This document shows, one piece after another, positions 7,989 to 16,868 of a stretch of 64,000 bases of DNA (positions are counted from its first letter, which is position 1; each line of letters begins with the position of its first letter). Position numbers and translations under genes: made by a program. Where the stretch lies: positions 39,769 through 103,768 of the forward strand of contig JAFLVA010000003.1 of NCBI GenBank assembly GCA_022508525.1, read 5' to 3'. This DNA comes from Erysipelotrichales bacterium (GTDB lineage Bacteria; Bacillota_I; Bacilli_A; RFN20; CAG-826). Below the pieces are notes generated by a model. That model saw only the letters and a program-made list of their open reading frames with translations. It was not told where the DNA came from and made no database searches.

Positions 7989-9330
7989 CTAATTTAATTT
8001 TAACATTTTTTTAATATAATTTGACAATGCTTTATCTTCACAATAAATAAAACATCCTTTTTGCCCTCTTGTTAATAATGTTTTATATGTGTTTTTAATT
8101 AGTTGTTTAGCTAATACTTCTCCACAAGATCTAATACCTGATGATTTATCATCTTTTGAAATTTGATTTTTATCAGTTATTATTTCGTTTTTAACCTCGT
8201 CATATCTCAAATCTTTTCCGATAAGGACACCAATATAATTAAATTCTAGTCCTTGAGCAGTATGAATACATCCAACTTCTTCAAAAGACGATGGATTAAT
8301 AACCCATATTTTATCATTTTCTAAATTCCATCTTGCTTTAAATCCATTTTCTAAATAAATATCGTATTCTCCACGATGGTTTTTAACATCCCAATCATAA
8401 CAATACCCTGCAACCATACGTGCTTTATTATCAATTTCATTTTTATTTCTTAATTCATCTCTTAAAGCATTTGGATCATCAAAGACTCTAATATCGAAAT
8501 TTAAGTCAGAAACATCAATATCAACAGGTTCTCCTATTTGAAGAATGTTATTTATTAATTGAATATATAGATCACTACCATTACATCTAAATTGTTAAGT
8601 TAAAATTGTTTCTTCGTTCATTGTGACTCTACTATTTAATTGCTTTGCCCAATGAGCTATTTCTTCAATTGATCCAATATCTTTTGTAGTTACTTTTTGA
8701 TTTTCATCAATTAAAAATATTGTTAACAAAGAGGCATTGATGCATTCCATAATTTGATTTTGACCTTGGAAGTCACCATACATTTGTTTGACTAATCTAT
8801 GTGATTCATCCACAATTAAGCAATCATAAAAATTACTTGGAGACTTACATAATCCAAATGGTGATCTAAACAATTGCTTTATATTAACTTTTTTTTAAAT
8901 CGGGTTTACTTAATAATCTTAAATATGCATCTCTAGAGGCGCTATTTTTAGTGACATAACTAGTATTTAATACATTAGCAATGTATCGTTTTAAAAGATT
9001 TACAGCCAAAACAGATTTTCATGTACCTGGTCCGCCTTGAATAATAATAGTTTTTTCATAGTCTTAACACACATGTCATAAACTACAGCTTGTTCATCTA
9101 AAAGCATGAATTATTTTCTGCCTTTAATTAATAAAATGGTACGAGACAATCTTGTAATGACTTAGAAGGCTTAGTTCTACCATTATCAATTTTATATAAT
9201 AAATCACCATCATTTGATTTTTGATACAAAATGGTACCATATCATATCACTCTTTATAAATAGCATCATTTAATTTTCAGCAAATAACTATAACGTCGTA
9301 TTTATATTTATTGTATTTGATTATACGCGC
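7989..9330 (-). pseudogene. DUF2075-type P-loop NTPase (Schlafen-helicase-like), decayed; N-terminal limit approximate
   Basis: Reconstructed ..TIIIQGGPGT*KSVLAV.. has TGA at 9019-9021 in Walker A. Frameshift at the T8 run 8889-8896. CLIVDESHRL. In-frame TAA at 8595-8597. Then QFRCNGSD..MVAGYCYDW..IHTAQGLEFNYIGV..YKTLLTRGQKG. Another frameshift at the T6 run 9051-9056 and more stops upstream. Confidence 0.75.
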
Positions 9331-9506
9331 TACAATTGGGATATGAATAATTTTAAATTACAAATAGGCATGGTGTCATGACTATGTATAACTTAATATT
9401 TTTTAAATAATATTTCGATTGAACACACAATGCCAACTTGTACCATTGTTAAACATTTAACTCATCCTTTTTATATATTGTTTGAGCTGTTTTATTTAGA
9501 AATTAC

Positions 9507-10037
9507 TCACTCATCTTTATCTAAATCAATCATTCTTTTAATTATGAATCTAACTTTATCACTTTCAAATATTAAGCCAAGAATTTGTTTTAAAGCACTA
9601 ATTGATTCAACATATTCAATTGTAAATTTCTCTCCCAATATCCCATCTTCAATTTCGATTCTTAGTGGAAAAACAGATTGATAATTAAGTGTAAACAATC
9701 TAAATTTGTATTTTCTACTATAAATCTCAAATTTATATTTGTTTTTTTCGAATAATGAATCTGCATTTTCTAAATTTTGTGTTTCATCTTTTTCGATTTT
9801 TTCAACATTCGGCGCGCATAATGTTGAAGAAATCTCACTTGCTGCAATAAGTGCTTTTTTCAAAACTTCAGAATTTAGATTTTTATATTGATAATGTACA
9901 AGGCTAAGCGAAGCCGTAACTTTTCCATCTGTTTTTTCTTTGAGTAAGTTTGCCTGACCTCTAATAAGAGATAAAGCTGTACTTGCAATATTCTTATTAC
10001 AATTTACATTTCCCCATAAATCTAGTTTGTCATCCAT
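9507..10037 (-). CDS. Hypothetical 176-aa protein, translationally coupled to the upstream EEP gene
   Basis: AAGGAGAG RBS 6-7 nt before ATG 10037. 12-nt gap after the EEP stop. No motif recognised. Ends in TGA. Confidence 0.55.
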   Translation of the reverse strand: MDDKLDLWGNVNCNKNIASTALSLIRGQANLLKEKTDGKVTASLSLVHYQYKNLNSEVLKKALIAASEISSTLCAPNVEKIEKDETQNLENADSLFEKNKYKFEIYSRKYKFRLFTLNYQSVFPLRIEIEDGILGEKFTIEYVESISALKQILGLIFESDKVRFIIKRMIDLDKDE

Positions 10038-10049
10038 AAATTTCTCTCC

Positions 10050-10853
10050 TTATATATTAATATTTACTAATAATGGAAGATGATCACTAATTTTTTTATT
10101 AGGTTTTTTCTTCTTTATTAAATCTTGTTGCTTTATTTTTTTTAAGTATTTGAAAGTGTGTATTTGATTGGCCAAGTTTTTTCTAACTAATATTTGATCA
10201 AAACAATACCAATAAAGACAGTAATTGCCAGAACTATAATAAAACGAGCCATAGTTTTCGTTGGTTTCGTTAATATATTCTATAATCGGATTATAAAATC
10301 GTCTATATTTACATTCTAAGTAAGTAACAACTTCTTGCGAATTTATAATGTTTTTGAAAAGGACCGAATTAAAAGAGTCCTTTTCAATCATTTCTGCATC
10401 AAAGGGACTTGCATTCATATCGCCAATTACTATACTACTCTCAATATTGTCTTTCTCAGCATCTGAAATATCATTTATTATATTTCTTATAATATGTTTT
10501 CGATCACTACTATTAGAACCACATGTGTTTGATGGTAAATGTACACCTACTATTATATATTTTTTGTTTTCTAGATTTAATTTGGCTAATAAATATCTAT
10601 GTTGCTCTCTGATTAATGTGAGTGAAATTGTATTCCTATATAAGATTTTAACTTTCTTGCAACCACCAAAACTTTCTAATAAACAAAAACTATCTGAAAG
10701 TTTTCTTTTTAAAATATCAAAATTAATATTTTCATACTCCGAAAATATAGCGATGTCTATACTATTTTCTTGAATACAATCTGCAATAATTAATTCTAGA
10801 TTATTATTAGATTTTAAATTCCAATACAACAAATTCATTAGTTTCATTCCCAC
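10050..10853 (-). CDS. Endonuclease/exonuclease/phosphatase (EEP) family protein
   Basis: LLYWNL N-terminal strand, GVHLPS, VIGDMNASPFD and C-terminal SDHLPLLV motifs. Start ambiguous: GTG 10853, ATG 10847 or ATG 10838. Confidence 0.7.
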   Translation of the reverse strand: MGMKLMNLLYWNLKSNNNLELIIADCIQENSIDIAIFSEYENINFDILKRKLSDSFCLLESFGGCKKVKILYRNTISLTLIREQHRYLLAKLNLENKKYIIVGVHLPSNTCGSNSSDRKHIIRNIINDISDAEKDNIESSIVIGDMNASPFDAEMIEKDSFNSVLFKNIINSQEVVTYLECKYRRFYNPIIEYINETNENYGSFYYSSGNYCLYWYCFDQILVRKNLANQIHTFKYLKKIKQQDLIKKKKPNKKISDHLPLLVNINI

Positions 10854-10880
10854 AAAAGCAATATGCCCATTTATATATTA

Positions 10881-10909
10881 TTTATAGCATGTTTATTGAA
10901 ATATATCAA
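10881..10909 (-). promoter_or_regulatory. Possible promoter of the EEP two-gene module
   Basis: Minus-strand TTGATA, 17 nt, TATAAA about 25 nt upstream of the start. Weak evidence in AT-rich DNA. Confidence 0.3.
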
Positions 10910-11162
10910 TTGTATTAGTTGATTTTTTTGAGCTACAGTTGCTTTATATTATTTAGGTTTTTAATAGAATGAAATAAAAATGTAAGCGTATGCTTTAAGC
11001 ATCTAAACTAAAAGGAGAAACTATATGTGAATATTATATAACTAAATGATAAGAGTTTGATGGATATTTGCAAATATCGCTTGGAAACGATGAGTGTCAT
11101 ATTAACTTTGCATTTTTTGTTTTTGTAAATCAAAAATCAATTTGAGTTTTTGTTCATATTGA

Positions 11163-11555
11163 CTAACTATAAAACTTCTTTCTTGCAGTATATAGTTTAT
11201 ATATTCCATAAATAATGCCTATAAGTGTTACCACTGATAAGTAGCTAGTAACATATAAAAAATCAAATGAGCCAGAAATCAAAATGACCAATACTACACT
11301 AAATGTATAAGACATGATTAAAGGTATTAGATTAAAAAATTTGAATTTAATTTTAAAAATTAAACCTACTAAATAAGAAATTGAATAAGAAATAAATACA
11401 GTGCTAATCCAAATTATGCCAAGAATGACCAAATGCAATGAAGAAAAATCAAAATCAATTAATCCAACAATTGTTCCAAATATAATAGATAGTATAGAAG
11501 CAATTATTGAAACAATAATCATTTTAATAAAATTTCGTTTTTTTAATCTTATCAA
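11163..11555 (-). CDS. Small multi-pass membrane protein (hypothetical)
   Basis: About four hydrophobic helices. Track start is TTG without SD. ATG at 11522 (MIIVSII..) is an alternative. Confidence 0.4.
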   Translation of the reverse strand: MIRLKKRNFIKMIIVSIIASILSIIFGTIVGLIDFDFSSLHLVILGIIWISTVFISYSISYLVGLIFKIKFKFFNLIPLIMSYTFSVVLVILISGSFDFLYVTSYLSVVTLIGIIYGIYKLYTARKKFYS

Positions 11556-11576
11556 TACTATTTTTTATTTTAGTCA

Positions 11577-11810
11577 CTATTTTTTATTGCCCCCGAAAAA
11601 ATTCGAAAAGGCCTCTTTTGATTTGCCTAATATATTTTTCTTTTGATCATAATGCTCTAATTTATCATTAAGAGAAATAGCATGTCTATAAAAGTTTTCT
11701 ATTTCTAATTTTTCGTTGTAGTTATATTCGTCGTAATTATCCATAATATCTTCAATTACTTTATTTAATGCTTTAATTAAATTCTTTTTTTGCTCATAAT
11801 CGTTCTCCAA
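11577..11810 (-). CDS. Hypothetical 77-aa helical protein (doubtful)
   Basis: ORF only. TTG start, no SD, no motif. Confidence 0.25.
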   Translation of the reverse strand: MENDYEQKKNLIKALNKVIEDIMDNYDEYNYNEKLEIENFYRHAISLNDKLEHYDQKKNILGKSKEAFSNFFGGNKK

Positions 11811-12023
11811 ATGTTTTGCTAATTTTACTTTGTTTATTACTAAAAGAAATTACAAATGTAAATGTTCTATTCTATAACTTTAAGCGAATTATAAAGTTTG
11901 CATATTCTCTAAAATTTCATATTAAAATTATAACATATAAATTATGTATATGCGTTTCTGAATTTAAAATAAAGAAACAAATTAAAAACATTTTGCGTGC
12001 TTGCAAAATGTTAATAAAATAAC

Positions 12024-12098
12024 TGGTAGTCCCAACGGGAATCGAACCCGTGATCCAGCCTTGAGAGGGCTGTGTCTTAACCGCTTGACGATGGGACC
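12024..12098 (-). tRNA. tRNA-Glu (anticodon CUC)
   Basis: GGTCCCATCGTCAAGCGGTTAAGACACAGCCCTCTCAAGGCTG..GGGTTCGATTCCCGTTGGGACTACCA. Cloverleaf foldable by eye. Anticodon loop CT-CTC-AA. CCA encoded. Confidence 0.85.
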
Positions 12099-12170
12099 AT
12101 ATGACTATATTTAATCACGAATAATAGTGTTATGCAAACATTATTTATAATTAAATATAGTTATTTTTCT

Positions 12171-13850
12171 TTATAATTTGTTATTAATAACGTAATCAAT
12201 ACGTTTTGCTATTTTGTCTTTACCTAATATTTGTAAGACATAATAGAGATTTGGGCTTTGTTTTGATGATGTAAGAGTAATTCTTAATAATTCTGCTACA
12301 TCTCCAACATGACCTATATACATATCTTTATTTTGCTTATAGATTTTGTTACTTTCAGCAAAGCCGTATTTAGTTCCTAATTCTTTTAATGAGTTAAACC
12401 AAACTTGTTCATCTAGTGATAAATCTAAAGTATTACTAAATTCATTTAATAAATTTTTAATAACATCTTTTGAAATAAATGGATTAAATGGTAATTCATT
12501 ATTCATTAATTCTAAATAGTAATCTTCATAGAAGAATTTAATTGCATTAAACATATCAGAGAACTTTTCATAATCTTTACGAGGATTTTCTTTTTCTCTT
12601 TCAATATTCATGATTGATATAAAGTAATTCTTATCACGATTAATTAAATCTAATAATTTTTCATCATATACTTTTGCCCAAGCTAATGCACGATTAGTAA
12701 TTTCCACTTTATTCATTCTAGATAATAATTCTTTAGAAATGAATTTAAGTTTCATAATATCAAACAACGCTCCATCAAGAGACATCTTTTCAAAACTTAA
12801 TTTAAATTCATCATTTGATTTATCTCTATTTTCTGCTTTCCATTCTTCAAAGTTACTATTTGCAATAGTTAATAAATATTCAATCAATGCTTCAAATGGG
12901 TATCCATCTTTTAAGAAGAATGATACTGCAGCTTCATCATCTTTTCTTTTAGATAATTTACGGCGATTACCATTATCTAATTTCATAATAACAGGAAGAT
13001 GAGCATACATTGGTAACTCAAATCCTAAAGTATTAAATAATTCAATATGAATTGGAAGAGAAGATAACCACTCTTCACCACGAGTTACACAATTAGTGCG
13101 CATAAAGTGATCATCAACAGCGTGCGCAAAGTGATAGGTTGGAAGACCATCACTCTTTAAGATAACAATATCTTGATCGTTTTCTGATAATTCTAAATCT
13201 CCACGAATTAAATCATGAACTTTAACTTTGTTGTTATGATTGCCAGAACTTCTAAATCTAATAACGTAAGGTTCTCCACTTTTAATTCTTTCAATTGCTT
13301 CATCTACACTTATATTTCTACATTTAGCGTATTCTCCGTAATATCCTGGAGTAACTTTATTTTTCTCTTGTTCAGAACGTAAATCTTCTAAATCCTTTTG
13401 ACTACAGAAACAAGGATAAGCTTTACCATCTCTTACCAATTGTTTAATAACAGTTTTATAAATACTCGCGCGTTCTGATTGCTTATAAGGACCATAATTT
13501 CCTTCTTCATGATCTCCTAAATATCCTTCTGAAGGAATAATTACAAATTCTTTTAATTGTTTTAATAAATCAGCACCTGATCCTTCAATTTCTCTTTTAG
13601 TGTCTGTATCTTCTAAACGAATATAAAATAGTCCTTTTGTATCTTTTGCAAATTTATGTGCGATTAACGATGTGAATAAAGAACCAGTATGTAAGAAGCC
13701 AGTTGGAGATGGAGCAAAGCGAGTTACTAATGCACCACTTGGTAAATCTCTTTTTGGAAATCTTTTTTCTAAATCTTCAATAGTTTCTTTAATTTCAGGA
13801 AATAATAGTTCTGCTAAATCATTGTTATTCATACTTATTCCTTCTTTCAT
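12171..13850 (-). CDS. gltX: Glutamate--tRNA ligase (long class I GluRS form)
   Basis: RFAPSPTGFLHTGS (HIGH-type region), KLSKRK (KMSKS). 559 aa. Better SD (GAAGGA) precedes the in-frame ATG at 13832. Confidence 0.85.
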   Translation of the reverse strand: MKEGISMNNNDLAELLFPEIKETIEDLEKRFPKRDLPSGALVTRFAPSPTGFLHTGSLFTSLIAHKFAKDTKGLFYIRLEDTDTKREIEGSGADLLKQLKEFVIIPSEGYLGDHEEGNYGPYKQSERASIYKTVIKQLVRDGKAYPCFCSQKDLEDLRSEQEKNKVTPGYYGEYAKCRNISVDEAIERIKSGEPYVIRFRSSGNHNNKVKVHDLIRGDLELSENDQDIVILKSDGLPTYHFAHAVDDHFMRTNCVTRGEEWLSSLPIHIELFNTLGFELPMYAHLPVIMKLDNGNRRKLSKRKDDEAAVSFFLKDGYPFEALIEYLLTIANSNFEEWKAENRDKSNDEFKLSFEKMSLDGALFDIMKLKFISKELLSRMNKVEITNRALAWAKVYDEKLLDLINRDKNYFISIMNIEREKENPRKDYEKFSDMFNAIKFFYEDYYLELMNNELPFNPFISKDVIKNLLNEFSNTLDLSLDEQVWFNSLKELGTKYGFAESNKIYKQNKDMYIGHVGDVAELLRITLTSSKQSPNLYYVLQILGKDKIAKRIDYVINNKL

Positions 13851-13946
13851 ACGTTAAATATCATAATTAATTTTATAAAAATTAACAAGAAATTTTATAA
13901 AAATACTTGCAAAAAAAATATAGTATATTATAATAAACAACGTATC

Positions 13947-14020
13947 GCAGGCGTAGTTCAGTGGTAGAACACTACCTTGCCAAGGTAGTTATGCGGGTTC
14001 GATTCCCGTCGCCTGCTCCA
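13947..14020 (+). tRNA. tRNA-Gly (anticodon GCC)
   Basis: GCAGGCGTAGTTCAGTGGTAGAACACTACCTTGCCAAGGTAG..GGTTCGATTCCCGTCGCCTGCTCCA. TTGCAA-16-TATAAT promoter upstream. Confidence 0.9.
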
Positions 14021-14163
14021 TTTTTTTTGCTCTGAAACTCGGATTTGGCTCATAAATTCGGGTTTTTTATTATTGTTAGGTATGAATTATTTGTATTTTA
14101 AATTATTGCAATTAAATTTATACATGATGTAAAATGTATAAAACAAGAGAGTAATAAAAAGGT

Positions 14164-14784
14164 ATGAGATATAGAATTAATTTAAAAACAGAAAGAGAAA
14201 AACGTAATATGACGCAAGCAAACCTTGCGAAACTTATTGGTGTGACTGAAAAATCTATATCTAAATGGGAAAGTGGTCGTGGACAACCTAGTTATGAAAA
14301 TATGTTAAAGATTTGTAAAGAGTTTAACATTGATATAAATAAGGTAGATAACAAGGCCATTATTAGGAATAGAATTAATATAATTTTGAATGGTTGCCTA
14401 GTACTCGTTAATTTAACAATAGTTATATTAATTTTTATACAAGTTGCTAAAATGAAAAATTCCGATCCTTTAACTGGCAACTTAAGTGTAGCTGGTCATT
14501 CACAGCTTATTGGCGAAGGAAATTTGATATCGGCAAATAGATTGAAAATTCTGTTAAAAATATTCATCATTGCTCCATTAATAAATTTATTTATACCTTC
14601 TATATTACGAAAACACGTTTTAATATCGGCTTGTGTTGCAATTGCTAATGTAGTATTTTGCATGTTTGTATTTAAAGATTTGAATTATTCTATATTCAAG
14701 TTTATTGGAATTATATCATTATTCATAATCGGCATAATTTTGTTTGCTAATTTCAAAACAAATAAAGAATTTAAGGTGACATAG
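14164..14784 (+). CDS. XRE-family HTH regulator with C-terminal transmembrane region
   Basis: HTH_3-like MTQANLAKLIGVTEKSISKWESGRGQPS followed by several hydrophobic helices. Confidence 0.7.
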   Translation: MRYRINLKTEREKRNMTQANLAKLIGVTEKSISKWESGRGQPSYENMLKICKEFNIDINKVDNKAIIRNRINIILNGCLVLVNLTIVILIFIQVAKMKNSDPLTGNLSVAGHSQLIGEGNLISANRLKILLKIFIIAPLINLFIPSILRKHVLISACVAIANVVFCMFVFKDLNYSIFKFIGIISLFIIGIILFANFKTNKEFKVT

Positions 14785-14785
14785 T

Positions 14786-15280
14786 ATGATAAGTTCAGAT
14801 GATTTTGGTAAATTTATTTCTGCTAAACGAAAAGAACTAAAAATATCTCAAGCATTATTAGCAGAAAAACTAAATATTGATTCTAAAACATTATCAAAAT
14901 GGGAAAATGGTGTAAATTATCCAGATCTAGAATCTGCACATAAAATTGCTGAAATTTTTAATATATCTTTAGATGATATATTAAATGAAAATTTTGACAC
15001 AGAAATAATTAGAAAGAAAAGGATTTTAACTTTTGATAATATTTTTGCTTTTGCGGTTATCATTTTAAGTACTATTTTTGTTGTTTTTAAGTATGTGAAA
15101 ATTTTTCGTGTTGTTGATGTAAATGTGTCACCAATAATATTAAGTTTCGATTTCTTATTAAACGTAGCATCCTTTATTATTTTAATTTTATATAAAAAGA
15201 GTATAACCAAGCAAAAAATGCTGATAATTTTTATTAAAATTATCTATTTTTTAACTATTGTATTGTTATTTATTTTGTAA
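14786..15280 (+). CDS. XRE-family HTH regulator with C-terminal transmembrane region (tandem paralogue)
   Basis: ISQALLAEKLNIDSKTLSKWENGVNYPD followed by TM helices. Starts 2 nt after the previous stop. Confidence 0.7.
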   Translation: MISSDDFGKFISAKRKELKISQALLAEKLNIDSKTLSKWENGVNYPDLESAHKIAEIFNISLDDILNENFDTEIIRKKRILTFDNIFAFAVIILSTIFVVFKYVKIFRVVDVNVSPIILSFDFLLNVASFIILILYKKSITKQKMLIIFIKIIYFLTIVLLFIL

Positions 15281-15354
15281 ATTTCCGTTTTTATAGATAT
15301 AGGTAGAGTTGACTTTGTGCTTATTATATAGCAGAAAGGAGCTTTTATACCGAC

Positions 15355-16614
15355 ATGAGCAACGGATTATTTTTAGTTGCAGGGTTATTAATAGGTGGAA
15401 TGACCTTGAGCAACAAACAAATTGGCGATAATGTTGATATTGCTAAATTTGAAAGTCTTAACTATATAGTTGAGCACATGAAAGAGTTTAATGAAGTTCG
15501 TATGGATGAAGGGTATGCGCCTACGAGCGTTGATTTCATTAAACCGGTTCCAATTAATACGGTCGATGGTGAAAAACTTGATGGCCGTTTATTAAAATTA
15601 AATGAGGGCTATATATTATTTGGTGAGGATGAAAAGATTCATGAAATCTCTCATATAAATAATATAGATATAGACAAATCTGCAAAATTAGAATTTTACG
15701 ATATTGGTGGATTTGTAGAATATGATAAGGCAACTGGAGAATTTGTTCCAATTAGTGAAAAAAATAAAGATGATGTAAATGCAACAACACCTACTATATA
15801 TGATGGACAATCTAGTAGTGGAGAAGGATGTATCTATGATCCAGAATTATATGTTTTATCAAGATATGGTGAGGGATATAATCTTTATCAATCTTATGAA
15901 ATTCGTAGTCCATTAGATAGATCTGTTAGAGCACTTAACGCATCTATTGTTGAATTAGGACAGTATAGGACTAATTTGGGAGCAAATGCTTTTGTGGATG
16001 AAGATATTTATGGCCTTATTGATGCTACAATTCTAGCGGATTTTATAAGTTTAAATTATGAATTTAGATTTGGCAGAAATTTATCATTTATTTATAATTG
16101 TGAAGAAAATGAACCAGAATTATATGAATACAAAACCACACATGGATGGTGGTGGACAAAAAATTATGTTTCAAAACTTTACATGCTTTTAAGAAAGCAT
16201 ATGTACGATGAATATGGAAGACTTGAACTTCTTACAAGAGACCAAGTAAAAGAAACTATTTTGTGGTTTGCTAATGAATATAACTACCCATTATCGTTGT
16301 CTGAAGATACGAGTATTTGGAGAAGCATGTATCTTAGAACGGATTTTTTCAATAAAACATTAAATCAGGATAGAATTATGATTGTGGATATTTCGAATAG
16401 TAAAACATATTCAGAATTAGTTGGAGTTGGAGTGGGATATAGAATTTATCAAAAAATTTCATATATCGTAGGTGTAGAGGTTGTTCAACAAGCATATTTA
16501 TTAGATTTTAAAGATTCATTCAATTATGGCCCTAATTATCTAGATATATCTTCTGCTGGAGTAGCGTGCAAAACAATTACTATGATTACGTCACCAGAAA
16601 GCTTTAATGCTTAG
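15355..16614 (+). CDS. Hypothetical exported/membrane-anchored protein
   Basis: N-terminal hydrophobic segment LFLVAGLLIGGMTL. AAAGGAG RBS. No domain recognised. Confidence 0.55.
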   Translation: MSNGLFLVAGLLIGGMTLSNKQIGDNVDIAKFESLNYIVEHMKEFNEVRMDEGYAPTSVDFIKPVPINTVDGEKLDGRLLKLNEGYILFGEDEKIHEISHINNIDIDKSAKLEFYDIGGFVEYDKATGEFVPISEKNKDDVNATTPTIYDGQSSSGEGCIYDPELYVLSRYGEGYNLYQSYEIRSPLDRSVRALNASIVELGQYRTNLGANAFVDEDIYGLIDATILADFISLNYEFRFGRNLSFIYNCEENEPELYEYKTTHGWWWTKNYVSKLYMLLRKHMYDEYGRLELLTRDQVKETILWFANEYNYPLSLSEDTSIWRSMYLRTDFFNKTLNQDRIMIVDISNSKTYSELVGVGVGYRIYQKISYIVGVEVVQQAYLLDFKDSFNYGPNYLDISSAGVACKTITMITSPESFNA

Positions 16615-16669
16615 GTGTGTAATAGATCCTATTTGGGTATGATATGAGCGTAGGACATATCGTTCCAGC

Positions 16670-16712
16670 GGGTTGCCTCTTTTTGAGGGGGAGGCAACCC
16701 ATCTTTTTTTTT
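16670..16712 (+). terminator. Rho-independent terminator
   Basis: GGGTTGCCTC..GAGGCAACCC 10-bp stem followed by a long T run. Confidence 0.7.
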
Positions 16713-16759
16713 ATTTATAAACTTTTATATGTGCCAGATTTGTAGTATTATATTTTTGT

Positions 16760-16836
16760 GCCCTTGTAGCTCAGTTGGATAGAGCATTCGCCTCCTAAGC
16801 GAAAGGTCGTGCGTTCGAATCGCGTCAAGGGCGCCA
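16760..16836 (+). tRNA. tRNA-Arg (anticodon CCU)
   Basis: GCCCTTGTAGCTCAGTTGGATAGAGCATTCGCCTCCTAAGCGAA..TTCGAATCGCGTCAAGGGCGCCA. Confidence 0.88.
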
Positions 16837-16868
16837 GCACAGAATTAGATAAAAATAGGAAGTTTATT

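Noticed and set aside
9019-9021. Possible alternative genetic code (UGA read as Gly or Trp). Two in-frame TGAs fall where Gly is expected: the Walker A site of the DUF2075 gene and the DGQI repeat position at 49394.
   Set aside because: All long conserved genes (ClpB 851 aa, GH84 1055 aa, helicase 1153 aa and others) are free of in-frame TGA. Trp is encoded by TGG throughout (for example HGWWW at about 16141). The DUF2075 gene also carries TAA stops and frameshifts. GGA to TGA is a single transversion from a very common codon in AT-rich DNA, so nonsense mutation is the simpler reading.
12171-13850. Glutaminyl-tRNA synthetase call, based on the ~559-aa length.
   Set aside because: The N-terminal RFAPSPTG motif is the bacterial GluRS form (GlnRS has RFPPEPNG). 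A tRNA-Glu gene lies immediately downstream. No T-box leader fits in the 95-nt upstream gap.
16809-16868. Track start of the ribokinase ORF 60 nt upstream.
   Set aside because: This stretch is the 3' part of tRNA-Arg (16760-16836). The conserved ribokinase N-terminus MAKILVIGS with an AGGAAG RBS begins at 16869.
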